Made by a program: the position numbers and the translations under genes. A stretch of DNA of 63,697 nucleotides, filler included, from Fonticula-like sp. SCN 57-25 (Eukaryota), in assembly GCA_001724245.1 (NCBI GenBank). It is 5 parts of 5 records of this genome, joined end to end, with 100 filler letters (N's around TTAATTAATTAA, not from the genome) between each part and the next. Parts side by side here need not be neighbours in the genome. Positions count along the whole stretch, not along the records: positions 9,406 to 26,680 come from MEDX01000687.1; 4 more parts are not named here. One strand, written 5' to 3'. Within the stretch, counting starts at the first letter, position 1. Each line of letters begins with the position of its first letter. Positions 12,493 to 24,809 of the stretch are shown here, one piece after another. Under the pieces are notes generated by a model. It did no database searches. It was not told the DNA's origin and was given only the letters and a program-made list of their open reading frames with translations.

Positions 12493-15400
12493 ATGACGGT
12501 GCCGACGTCTGCCGCCCCGCCTGAGGGTGCGTTATCGTAGACTGGCCTGCGAATTTATGTTAACGCGAGCGCGCTTGGTAGGTGAACAGCAACGGACGCT
12601 ACCTCCGGGGACGGTGCGTTTGAGTGAAGTTATTCACCGGGCCATCAACGCCGCCAACAATGATCTTCAGAGCATGGCTGAAACGTACGAAGGGACAGAG
12701 CTGGGATTATATAGGCAAGCTCAATTCTATTTATAATATATTAGACTGCCTTCTATGAACAACGTGGATCGCAAGAAGCAGTTGCTGGACCACCTTGTCG
12801 CCTCGCGCCAAATGTTCATTAAGCTCCTGGTTCTCGTTAAATGGGGATCGCAAGCGCTCGAGATGCAGCGTTGTTATAGCATCGTAGATGTTTTGCGGGA
12901 GCAGAATGACGTTTTTAGGCGTGCAGCCGACTCTCTTTACGACATGCACACAAGTCTCTCAGCCGGAAAGTGCGTTTTTTCATCAAGTATTTTGCCTTGA
13001 AGCTCATGCATCGCAGAGCCCCTCGCTACGATGTTGTTTCTGCCGTGGACGTTCTCATGACGGGATCATACAATCGCCTTCCTTCTATTATCAAGGTACT
13101 CGGCATATACGCTGTTGCTGTATTAACCCTTTCTTGGTAGGAGCTCAACGGGCCGCTCCCGCCGACGCCGGCCGAGCTCGACGAGGGCGTCCAGCGCATC
13201 AACAGCTTTCTTGCCCTGCGCATAGCCGACTGCACACTGCCCGATACCCTGAAGCAGGTGTCTATAGGTGCGTCTGCGACGCGTTAGAATTGTTTTCTGA
13301 CGACGCCGTGCGATAGTGGACGGCGTGGCCACCTTTTTGTGCGCGAATGAGTACGAGGTCGGGGTGTCGCTGTCGGCCGACTTGCCTTCGCTGCCATGGC
13401 GAGTGACACATGTCAAGATGCTTGTCAAGGCATCTTCGGAAGGTGGAAGTACGAAACACCTTCCTTTTGCGCCCGAACGGCGATTTTAACATGCTCGCAC
13501 AGCCGGAAGTTTCCGAGTGAACGCCGCAGAGACGCAGCGACTTGTCGCCATCGCTACGCAGAGGATGCAAAATGCCACGCAGCAAAGGAACGCGTTTGTT
13601 GAGCTGCATCACTGCTTGCGTACGATATTTTCATTTGCCGGTTTTTGGCTAGTGCGGCTGCTTAGAGGCGTATGTAGATTTTTTTACTCTTTCTCTGGTG
13701 CTCGAGGTGCTCTCCATGCAGGTGCGCTGCTTTACATCTTTGTACTTTCAGCCAACGTTTATATTAGGTTTTGGATTTGGTTGCTGGCGGACGGTTTATC
13801 CAGTCCGAGCCGCGCAAGAATGAGCTGCTAGTTCATTATTGGCTGTGCGTTCTGCAACCCTCTTTGCAGCAAGCGAATCCTAACTTTTTGCCGTTTTCAG
13901 CCAATCTCGGCGCCCGTCTGCTCCGCGAAGTGGTCCTGGAACCCCGACGACAGCTACATCTGGCGCGAGCTTTGCTGTATCGATTCGCCTTGTGGACGAG
14001 TGGCTTTCACGTACGCACTTCTACTTTTATCTGTTAAAGTCTCACGGGAGACGCAGCGGAGGAGCGCTCGATTCGGCTTGTTGTGGACAGCCTGTCTGGA
14101 ACACCCGAGAGCCCGCTGACGCAGCGCTTGGTCGGCTCGCAATACGACATTGTTCCTTCGCGGATCAGCTTTGAGCGCATCCTTGTGGCCGTCATCGAGC
14201 AGCAGAGCGCTCAGCTGGTCACGCGCCTTCGCAAGATGCTCATTGCGCCCGGTCCGTCCAAGTTTGCCGAGAGCGACGTGTCCCTGTCTGAGCGCCGCGG
14301 CTCGGCTGGCACCCAGACGTCGCTGCGCGTGTGCTTCTTTTCAAACTGTTTTTTGGACATTTCCGTCAACGCACGGACGGGGCTCCTGGACCTCGTCCTG
14401 GCTGGCGCCGACCAAAGCCGCACGGCGCTCATGAAGGAGTACCGCGAGGTCGAGGCAAGGATCAATACGAGCGGCTCAAACCCCGCCGACCTCTTGATGC
14501 GGCTGCGCCACAGGGTGCGTGACCCGCACTGCGAGCTGGGCGGCGGCGACTTACCTTTTCATCTGTAGGCGCTTCACGATCACTGCGAATCTGCGGGTGT
14601 GAGCATTGGTCTCGAGCCCTTTGCCAAGCTCGCCCTAGGGTCAAGCGAAGGCACGCTCCTATCCCGCCATTCCCCGACGTGTGCGCTAACCGTCCGAACA
14701 GCAGCGAAGCAGTTCAGCGCGGCGCTCTTTTTCCGCTTCCCGAGCCACCCGCACTTTTTCCTGGCGGTGCGGGATGTGGAGACGCCATCCGACGCGTACC
14801 ATCTTCTCCACGTGGCGTGCGGCTCATTACCCAGAGCGGCATTTTGTGCTTGTTCTCTGACTCTTTCTTTTCTCCGATGCAGCCCGCAGGCCAACATGGC
14901 GAGCTACACGCTTGTCAACCAGTACGTGTTGGACGTGGCCATCTTGTCGCAAGATCGGCAGAACAGCGCCAAGCGGCGGAGAGTTGATGGGATCAGCGAG
15001 CGCCTGTCTACTATGGCGGCGTACTGCCGCGAGCGCATCCCCCGCCAGCAGGTGGCCGTGCTGCTCAGCGAGCACCGCATGGACGCCCGCCTCGCCAACG
15101 GTGAGTTTGTGGTCCAGCCAATTGTTCGCGATGGCGCGAGGTCGGGGCTCGCCGGCCCGACGCAGGTGTCGTTCAGCGGCGCGGACGGCGGTGTGGTCAC
15201 GGTGACGCACAGGGTAGATCCCCGGGTGAGCCGCCTGCCCATTAAGGCGGACTTTGACGGTACGCACTCTGATTTTGCGCGCGCAGTCCTGACGCGTCCG
15301 TGTGCAGTGAATTCATCGATTGATCCAGAAAGCGGTGTTTTGCGGACGACGTACCCCACGCGGATGCAGGGCCTGCAGCGTGCGGTGCGCGACGTCGCAG

Positions 15401-16931
15401 CGGTGGACCATCTGCTCTCCATCATGGATGTCGCCGAGGAGACCTGGGTGGGAGACGAGGTGACGATCGGCGAGGCTCAATTTTCCATCACGTCTCACTG
15501 GACGCGTTTGGAGATTGCGAGCAGCGAGGCGCACTCGCCGCGTTGGCGCGTCGAATGGCTGCCTGCGGGTGCGGGGTCTGCAGCTGGTTCGTTCCGCCTC
15601 GCCTTGACGAGCCGCGAGCCGCTGCGGCCGTTCCGCGTAATGCTCCCTCACTTTGAGCAGCTGCTCCAAAAGACCCACTCGCTGCGTGCGCTGCTGCAAG
15701 CGATGCACGCGTGGCACAACGTTCTCCTCGAGGTGGACGACATTGCGAATCTGACGTGGATCCCGCGGTCGGCGCGCCTCGTGCGCCTGCGGGTGAGCAG
15801 CGAGTACAGCATCGACTGCTGCGTCTTCCTCCCCAATGTCGTCCTGGTGTCGGACGCGTCGTCAAACCCGCTCGACCTCTCTGACCGCCCCGACAAGGTC
15901 GACAAGGCCGACACGATGAACCTGAAGCGGATCCCGAGCTTCCGCGAGCTGGTCAACTATGTACACCACGAAGAGTCGCGTTACCCGGTGCCGACCAAAC
16001 TGACGCGCGCCGACTACCCCGTGCTAGCGCGGTTTCCGCTCCACATCAAGCAGCTCATCCCGCTCCTCAGGGGAATCGACAAGATGCTTGACCATGTCAT
16101 GCCGCGCTACCAATGGATCGAGGCGGCGCTGAAAGAGGCCGGCCCGGACGTGGTCGTCCTTTCGTCAAACGACCTCCGCATCCGCTTCGTCATCCGCAGG
16201 ATGATGCAGTACACGCTGCTGCAGCACCGCGCGTTCGATTGGGTGTTAAAGTCCGCCGCGCCTTCGCAGCAGGACGGCCACCACGACCCCCTGGACGAAA
16301 TCAAGCAGAGCCAGCAGTTCATACTGGACGTGTCCGCATTCGTCGGCCGCAAGTTCCTCCAGCTGGAGAGCCAGTTCGCGGCGAAGATGCTCGTGCAGAT
16401 GCTGCTCTTGCCCCTGCGGGTCCAGGAGGAAGTGATGCGCTCTGCGCACGTCGGCGCCCGCAATGTACCGCCACTGGTGGAGCTGCACATCACAGTGCCT
16501 CAGGATACATCAGGGATGGAGCAGCTGCCGAAACACGGCGAGTCGGCCGTCATCTTCAAGCCCGCCGAGCAGCTCATCTACCTCTTGGTACGTGCACGCG
16601 AGCGCGCAATCTGAGTCGCTGGGGACTAACGCGCGGACCGTTGCAGTACACTCTGCATGTGGAAGGGAGCCCGGTGCTTGTGCCGCTTTGCTATCATTAT
16701 GCCACGGGGATTACGACCAGCTGGGAAAAGGACCGGCGCCAGACGTCGAACGAGGAGGAAATGGACACCTTGACCGTGCTGCGCCTCGCGCAGATGCACC
16801 CCGAGGAGCCGCAGTCTGCGCTGAGCACGCACCTGCAGCGGCTGATGAACTCCCCCACCGGGCCGCCGTCGCTGGCCGGCTGCATCGAGGCGCTCCTCAC
16901 CCTATCGCGCAGCGCCCTGATGCTTGGCTAG
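12493..16931 (+). CDS. MED14: Mediator subunit 14, multi-exon
   Basis: DRKKQLL..RQMFIKLLVLVKW, F..AADSL, AP.YDV.SAVDVL.TGSY.RLP; long downstream exons. Confidence 0.88.
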
Positions 16932-17103
16932 CAATCACCTTTGTATTATAAACCAATCAATGATTTTCACAACTATTTTCCACCAATGGCGAGCGTCGAA
17001 AGGGGGATATCCCAGGAGTACATCACCCGTGTGGCACCTGTACAAAAAGAGTCACTGTGTTTTCCCGCCCTGCAGCCACGCTTGAACGAGCCACCTCAAA
17101 ATA

Positions 17104-17770
17104 ATGAGCGGATATCCCCAAGTCAACTACCAGGCGTCCCCGCCGCCGTACACCGGGTATGGCGCACCGCCGCCGGCTGGCACCGTCGTGTACCAAACGA
17201 TCCAGCCGACGACCGTGCACTATTCGACGTCGGCGCCGCTGGTCCAGCCGCCACCTGCGCAGGTGACCGTCATGTCGACGCAGTTCTCGTCGTTCAAGGG
17301 GCCGTGCTCGGGTTTCCTCAACTTTTTGTGGATCGTCTTTGGCGGCGGCTTCTTCATGATGCTCATGTGGGCCATCATGGGCCTCGTCATGTGCGCGACC
17401 ATCATCGGCATCCCCGTCGGCATCCAGGTACGATCCAATACCATTTGCATGCAAGGCGGCGTGAATTGACACATTTCTTTGCGCGCAGTTTTTCAAGCTT
17501 GCCAACCTTTCTCTTCTTCCGTTTGGACGCCGTATTGACCGCTCCGACTCTGGCTGCGGCTCACTCTTCCTCAACATCCTCTGGTTCCCCTTTGGTCTCT
17601 GCGTCGCAATGATGCACGTCATGTTTGGCGTCATGCTCTGCTGCACATTGATTGGCATTCCGTTTGGTATCCAGCATTTCAAGCTGTCCTTCCTTGCTTT
17701 TGCACCGTGCGGCGCAGAGGTCAGCGACGGAGAGGTCACCACGAATGTCACGACCGTCCGCCATGTCTAG
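17104..17770 (+). CDS. YccF (DUF307) tandem-domain membrane protein with a Pro-rich N-terminus, 1 intron
   Basis: LNFLWIVFGGG..TIIGIPVGIQ|FFKLA.LSLLPFG and second copy LNILWFPFG..TLIGIPFGIQHFKL..LAFAPCG. Confidence 0.88.
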
Positions 17771-17890
17771 CCGCTTGCCGTTTGGTCGCTGCCGCCGCTT
17801 GTAGTATAATAGAGCCATTTTTACATGTAGTGAAGTGTTACACGCTGAACTCTCACACGTTCCATTCAATGTTTGGATTCCACACTATCG

Positions 17891-18847
17891 TTACAAATCA
17901 CCCATGGTCAACAAAAAGTCCTTCTCCTCCTCGCCATCGTCCGAGTCCTCCGCGCCCTTCACGCGCGGCGTAACCTTGAGCGTGGACGCCGCCCCGAACG
18001 GCATGTCAGACCGAGGCGCGTCCACGCTTCCACGCTTGAGCGCATACACAAAATACTGGCCGAAATCACCAAAGGCCCAGTGCCGGCAGTCCCAGTCGTA
18101 GTTGGCGCGCATCATGAACGGCTTACGAAAGTGCGGCTGCCCAAAGGTAAGCGAGATAAACATGCCGTCGGGCTTGAGAACGCGGTGAATCTCACTGAAA
18201 ACTCTGCAGGGGGGCACCGTGTGAGTGATAATGCATTTTGGTACTGCGAGCGCACTTGTCCATGCGGGCGCGGAGATCCGCGGGGGGGTTCCACGGGTCA
18301 TACTTTTGAGCCGCAAGTAGAGCGTCGATTGTCCCTATCGTCATATTTAGTACGAGCGCAGTGCTAGAAAGGCGGCAACGCACCCTTTTCAAGGACAATG
18401 TCAAAGGTGCCATCCGAAAGCTCGTGCATGTCGAGCATGTCCATGCAGCGCCACGAAACGCTCTCGAGAGCCGCATATTTCTATTCGAAGCCACGTGTGA
18501 GACGGTCACCGCCGTTTGCAATGAGCAACCGCGCCCGCACCTCCTTCATCTTTTCAACAACAACACTTGAATAGTCTACATTTGTAATGTTTTTGTACCC
18601 GTCATGGTAAAGATCTTCCGCTAGGCTCGAGTTGCCGGAACCTACTTGCAGGATGCTGTCGGTGGGCCGCAACTACAAACCACAATCAGGATCAACGCGT
18701 TCGTCCCGGAATCGAGCGCACCAAAGGTGCCAAAAGGTCCCTAAAGGAGGAGTACTTTCGAAACCAGTCATACTCGTCCTCCTGCCCAAAACGTTCGTCC
18801 CAGTACTCGCGCCGGCCGTACTGCGTATTGTCCTCGGGGATGTCCAT
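17891..18847 (-). CDS. Class I SAM methyltransferase, EEF1AKMT4/METTL13 family
   Basis: YGRREYWDERF..EYDWF, ILQVGSGNSSL, NVDYS, HRVLKPDG.FIS.TFGQPHFR. Confidence 0.9.
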
Positions 18848-18920
18848 TTCTTGAGGGGCAATGTCGAGGTACTGCTCTCTGATTGGCTGTTGTTTTGGCG
18901 CCAAACAACCTCTGCACACC

Positions 18921-20679
18921 ATGGCGGCGGCCGACGTAGTCAGGGTACTACACGTTGATCTAGGTAGCAATACCGTCGAGGTGTTGTTGAAGGACAACAA
19001 GCGCGTTTCCCGCTCATTCGAAGATGTTGTCAAGGCATCGTGGAGGCATATTGAATTATTTCAGGTGTTTGAGCACATGAGAAAGACTCGCCGGCAGGCC
19101 TTTGGGGACGCTCCGCTCGTTTCGGCGGACAAGTTGGCGTTTCGATACGAGTCGCACATGCACAACGTCCTTGAGGAGCATGGCCGTGCGTTCTTATATT
19201 CATTCCTGCCTATGATTAATGGGCTCTTAGACGCTATATTTGCTTGGGAGTTGGCGGAGCGTTTCGCGACACCTCGCGTGTACATTGGTCCCGAAGTGAT
19301 GACGCAGATGCTTCAGCGGACATTCATGCAGTGCGACCTGCTGTCAGACGACGATGTATACCAAGCATTTACTGTTTTGCGGCGTCTCCAGCAGGTGCAA
19401 CACGGTTGCAAAACGAATCATTTTGTTCCCGCCGTACGCCATCGTCAGCATGCCCGCATTTGCTGATCCTTGCGTTAGGTAAAGGCGCTCTTTGAAAAGC
19501 AGGGGTGGTGCACTCTGGCCGAGATCCTCGAAGCGTCACTGGTTGACATTACGCTGAACCCGTCGCCTCGCAAGAACGTGGATGAGCGGACGACAATGTC
19601 CATGCGGCCGTCGGTGCCGCGCAGCCGCCGCCAGCTCGCCAAGCGGCTCCTTCTCCGCTTCCTCGTGAGCCTTTTCGAAGACGACATGTGCGACAACTCA
19701 TGTGCGCACATCCGCTTCTCTCTTGCCGGTGAGCGGATGCCTGACGCACTATCGCCATAGCACGGCTGAGTGAATCGCTTTTGGCGAGCATCCTCGTATC
19801 GCGGGGCGACGATATGACGGCCATCTCGGACCTCGTTCCCCGACTTTTGCAGAGCATGGTTCTGGAGAACGAGACGCACTACGTGGAAGCGGCAGGCCAG
19901 TTGCTATGTCTTGTACGGACGTTGCTGCAATGTGTCCGTGCTGCTAACTGCGTCCTTTGCAGATGTGGCACCTTCAGTGCGCCAGCGCCATCAGCGCATC
20001 GCGGTCGCTATCAGAAACAATACACAACAATTTCCGCATCTTTAAATGGGAAAACCCGCAGCGAATTTGCGTTATTTCCGTGCGTTTTATCGTTTGCCTT
20101 TATGCACTTCTCACAGTATTCCTCCAGTCGTTTTCGTCGCCGTCGCTCCGCTTTGCCGTTGCCGAGCGCTGCATCCGCTTTGACGCCGTGCAGCCGCCCG
20201 GCCGCCCGACGGCATCGCCCCTGCCCTCGCTTGACAACTTTGTTCGCTACTACCTGCTCACCACGCCGTCCTCAAAATCATTTTCCGCCGCCGTCGACCA
20301 CATTGAGCTCGTCAATGTCGCGCTAGAGGCGTACGTCAACACGCGCGTGCTACTCCCGCTGCCGGACCCGCGCGACCGCGAGCTGCTCGACCAGCTTGGG
20401 AGCGCCGTGACGCGGGCGTCGGAGGACGCGGCCAAGGCGGCGGCCGACCGAGGTAGCCAGTCCGACAAGGACCGCCTGGCAGTTATCGTCGAGTCGATTA
20501 TTAAGTTTACGCGCGAGTTCATACGGGGGTCCCCGCAGGTGCAGCGTGTCGGCAAGAGCCACCATCGCGCTGCTGAGCCTGCGCCCAAGCGGGCGGCCGC
20601 CCCGAGCACCAGCAGCAGCGCGCCGAAAAAGGCAAGGGCGTCGGCGAACCCAATGGAGGTGATTAACCTCGACGACTGA
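18921..20679 (+). CDS. Helical protein resembling the SIMC1/SLF1 Nse5-like domain, with a terminal SUMO-interacting motif
   Basis: AFTVLRRLQQ...LLLRFLVSLFEDD recalls SIMC1 (from memory); ends MEVINLDD*. Confidence 0.45.
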
Positions 20680-20809
20680 CTGTTTTGCTTTGTCAATGTA
20701 CATTAGACTGTATACCAGTACAATAAAATATCCGTGTATTAATGGGTGAAATGCTAATAATTACAGGCCTAAAGTGTCATATAAATGCGAATGACGCCGG
20801 CTACAGCGG

Positions 20810-23474
20810 CTACTTTACCGGCGCGACGCGAAAGTACTTTGAAAGCGCGGGCAAGAAGTCCTTCTTGCGCGAAACTTTGTTTCCGACGTCGTAAAGGTGC
20901 TGCTCGACGACCTTTGTCTTGAACGCGCCGACGATGACGGTCTCCTCCGCGTCGGAAAGGCCGACAATGTACGACTTCATGTGGTGCACGTCGACAATGA
21001 TGAAGAACATGAGGTCCAGCTTGTGCTCTTCCTTGACGCCAAACGACGCCTGCCGCAGCTCGTCCTTTCTCTTGATGAGCAAGTCGGGCTTGAGCGTCTC
21101 CGCGACTCCGATGCCGATCCGCTGGTCGCCGAGCGCAAACTCTTTAAAGTCGGTCAGGACGACGGTGCGCGCCGGCAGCCCATTCGTGTCCGACTTGGCC
21201 TCAAACATGCCCATGACAAGCTCCTCCACGTCAGCAATCTCCGCAGCCTTCACCAGGTACTCTACAGCAACGCGGTCCGCTTCCGTCGTCGTCGGCCCGC
21301 GAAGATTGCTGAACCAATTCGTGAGATGCAGAAAGCAATGCACGAGGCAAGCTACAAACACAGGTGCAACAATACAGCAACTAATACACACGCCACGCAC
21401 TACACAAACATATGCATATGTTTTACACCACAATCACGTACACAGTGTCTGAGAGGATTCCACCGAGTAGACAGCCCGCGACGTGTTTCGGGATCGCGCG
21501 CGATGCCTGAAAGTACTTGTACGTCAGTATAGTGCATGTTGACCCCACCGGCTGAATGTCGACCATCCTTGGCTCCTCGACCTCGACTGCGTTTGACATG
21601 AGCTGATGGTGGTCGATGACGCACAGCAGCTGGTTGACGTCGACGCCCTCTGGCACCTTGTCCTGCTGATTAAAGTCGAGCAGGCACCAGTGCTTGCCCT
21701 TGAGGCTCGGGTCCGTGCTGAAAAGCGGCGGCTCCAGCTCAAACCGCGACAGCAGGTACGCCGTCTCGGGGTTCACCGCGTCCGCCATGGCCGCCACGCC
21801 GTTCCACAGGTCAGCAGCCGCAATTGCGCTGCACACCGAGTCTGCGTCGTTCTTCAAGTGGCCAACAAATACAGCGTTCTCAAATGACGGCAGCGGCACG
21901 ACGGGGAATGGCACGCCCGCCGCGCCCTTGCCATCTCCGCCGGACGCTGCGGACGACGCGTCCGGCGACCCCGACACGCCCAGGGACCGCCTCCAGTGCG
22001 GCGACGATATTAAAAAGAGGAGCGTAAGCGTGCACCCGACCATGAGCGCAATGTGGCGCATGTGGCGCGCCGACAGCGTGCTCGTCAGCGAGCCGACAAG
22101 CGCGCGGACGTTGATCGACTTTAGCTGCGTCCCGGCACCCTTGGACGCGTACGCGGAGGCGATGCGCGCCGAAGACGCAGACGCCTCAAGCGCCGGCGAC
22201 GGGCGCGGCTGCGCACCGCTGCTGCCTGACGGCGGCGACAGCACGCTCTGCAGCTCGGCCTCACCGGTGGCACCTAGTGTCTGAAAGAGCGCATCGCGTC
22301 AGCATCGACATGGCAGTGGGGCGCGGGCGAAAAGGCGCACCCTAAACATAAACGAATCAGAGCGCGTGAGCTCGTGCTGCGGCTGCGGCTTTTGTGTCTG
22401 CGGCCGAAAGTGGACCTGCACGAACTGGTCCAGGATGTTGTCCACGCGGTAGTTTGCCGGGTCGAGCGCGTCAAACTTCTTCTCGCAAACAGGGCAGCTA
22501 GAGCTCTTGCGCGGGCCGCACACGTCCGACAGGCACTGGCGGCAAAACTTGTGCGTGCACGACAGGACAACGGGGTCTTGGAGAATATTTTTACTGCGGA
22601 TGACGTCAGCGGATGCGCGCGGCAACGGAGGCAACGTACCAAATGGGGCAGGTAAAGTCCTGCGCAGATGGCGCTACTTTGTTTGTGTGCCAAATGAGCT
22701 GGGCGCACAGGCATTGTACTTCGGTAAATAATGTCGCGAGTATCGTCGAGGTATAAAAGGGCTGCTGCGCGAGGACGGCCTGGAAGGTCCGCTTGTAGTC
22801 CGCTTCCGTCTTCTTGTCGTACTTTTTGCAGATCTTTACAACACCAATGTAATTAAGCACAGTAAAGTTTCGAAGGTCGTCGAGCTGCTGGCAAAAGTCA
22901 AAGAACGGCCGCAGCTCGGATAGCTCCGTCGAAAGTCGCTCGGGGTGCGCGAGCTGATTCGAATAAAAGGGCCACGTCAGCGATGGAATGCTGCCTCAAA
23001 AGATCGTACCAGGTCTGTTACCAGCGGCTCAAACGTGCGCGAAAACGTAATCTTAAACTCGTTCTCTTTTAGCAAGTAAAAGCTGTTGATCTTTTCCACG
23101 TCCGCCATCAGTTCCCTGGAACGACCACCGGGTGAGCGTTCCCTGATGAGCGGTCGGCAAAGAGACATACCGTTCAAACCGCGCGCGCTCATCCTCAACG
23201 GTGCCAATAGGGGGATCATACGACGCTAACAAGGCCTTGGCTTCCTGCGAAGACGCGCCGAGGAGCGCAATCTTTTGAGCACTGACCACCCTTTTGATAA
23301 CGCCTACGTGACAAGGGAAATCCGTCAGGCATTGCTCAACGAAACAAGGGGAAAGGGTAAAGAGAAAAGACATATACAATAAAACAGTGTCATACCTTTC
23401 AAGCTCTTGTATGCCAAGTAGTGTTGCGTCCACTCTGGGACGCACTGGTCCAGCAGGCGCTTGCCAAACTTCAT
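20810..23474 (-). CDS. Predicted SPX-RING(C3HC4)-TM-family II (DHH/DHHA2) pyrophosphatase fusion, multi-exon
   Basis: MKFGK..W..HYLAYKSLK and LNYIGVVKICKKYDK (SPX); CPIC..LSCTHKFC..C..CPVC (RING); IALMVGCTLTLLFLI (TM); GHLKNDADS, IDHH, GSTCTI, ILSDT, DFKEF, VSRKKDFLP (PpaC); 60-nt intron 22340-22281 joins the two halves in frame. Confidence 0.8.
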
Positions 23475-23753
23475 GGCTGGCGGGCGCCCGCGCTACGCAC
23501 GCTTCGAGTATTGCCTTTTATGGGAATTGGTGACACATACCACCGCCTATATATTCCCTCTTATGGTAATTCGTGACACACCATATTATTTTGCCAAGGA
23601 GCGGCCAAGGAGTTCGCTGCGGCTCACCCACACCGCCCCAGCAGTGCGCCCCGGGTGACCGTTTCGACGCGCAGGTGCCGAGCATAGCGCCCGTGCAGTG
23701 TGCTTCTGCGTTGAATTTGATTTTTTGTTCTCAGGGCAAGGAGTACTATCATA

Positions 23754-24542
23754 ATGCGGGGTGCCCTATTGGGAATCGCCGTGGTACTGCTGGTGGCCAC
23801 GAGCGGCAACTTTGCCGCCGCCCAGCGCCCGCCGGTCCAGCCCGGAAGCGCGGGCATCAAGGCGGGGGAGGGAACGTTGGAGGATCTGCGAGAGTCGAAC
23901 CCTCAGGTGGCGACATTAGCGGGAAAGGCGCAGGTGCGCTACCGCTATTCCTTTGAACGAACCGGCACTCACACCGTGCCCGCAACGTAGGCCATCTTTT
24001 CGATGCTCCAGACGATCAGGGTCGTGTCTCCAAAGCACAAGCTCACAGGAGTGTTTACCGGAATTGACGCCATTGAGGTTCGCCTTTTCTCTTCATTTGA
24101 TTGTTTCCCACCTGTTTCTTGCTTGGCATCTGCTTACCCCGCTCTCTCGCTCAATAGGCGGACGCACCCGCGAAGGCAGAGGTGATTTTCATTTCGTACG
24201 CGGAGCCTACGAGCAAGACGAAAGAGCATCTCCGCGTGTTGGCATCGTTTGGCCAGAATCCCACCATTCACCGGTACGTGCACTTGCCGGGAAAGGCCGC
24301 GTCGACTCACTCTTTGTCACAGGGTCTGGTCGTCCGACGATCAAGGGGTTAAGCAAAAGGAGATTATCCTCGCCGGCGCCAAGACGGCAGCAGCCCCTTT
24401 CCTCACAAAGGCAAAGGTTCTTACCTTTTTCCACTACTTTGGATACGTGGCCATCTTTGGCGGGTTTGTTTTAATCCTTGTCGGCCTGCTTATAAAGTAC
24501 AACGAAGGGCCTGTGGTGCAGCCCGCAAAGAAGAGCTCGTAA
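23754..24542 (+). CDS. Hypothetical type I membrane protein, spliced
   Basis: Signal peptide MRGALLGIAVVLLVA; C-terminal TM YVAIFGGFVLILVGLLI; ends AKKSS (KKxx). Confidence 0.65.
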
Positions 24543-24809
24543 GAATCCTTATCCGTATACCTTATTGCTCCCAACAGTGTTTTTTTATTTATATCCCTAT
24601 GACCTTTGCTCCCAATAGTGTACCAGCATAATATACATACTTTCTTTGCGCGGCCACCCACTCATTTCCTCGTGCAATGCGCGATCGACCGGTGGTCACG
24701 CTGAAACCGATCGAGGCCATCGAGATAAAGCGTCGGTTTTTATGAACGAAAAGAGATACGAAAAATGCTCTATTAATACACAGATATATCACATTCACGC
24801 CTTTGGCGA

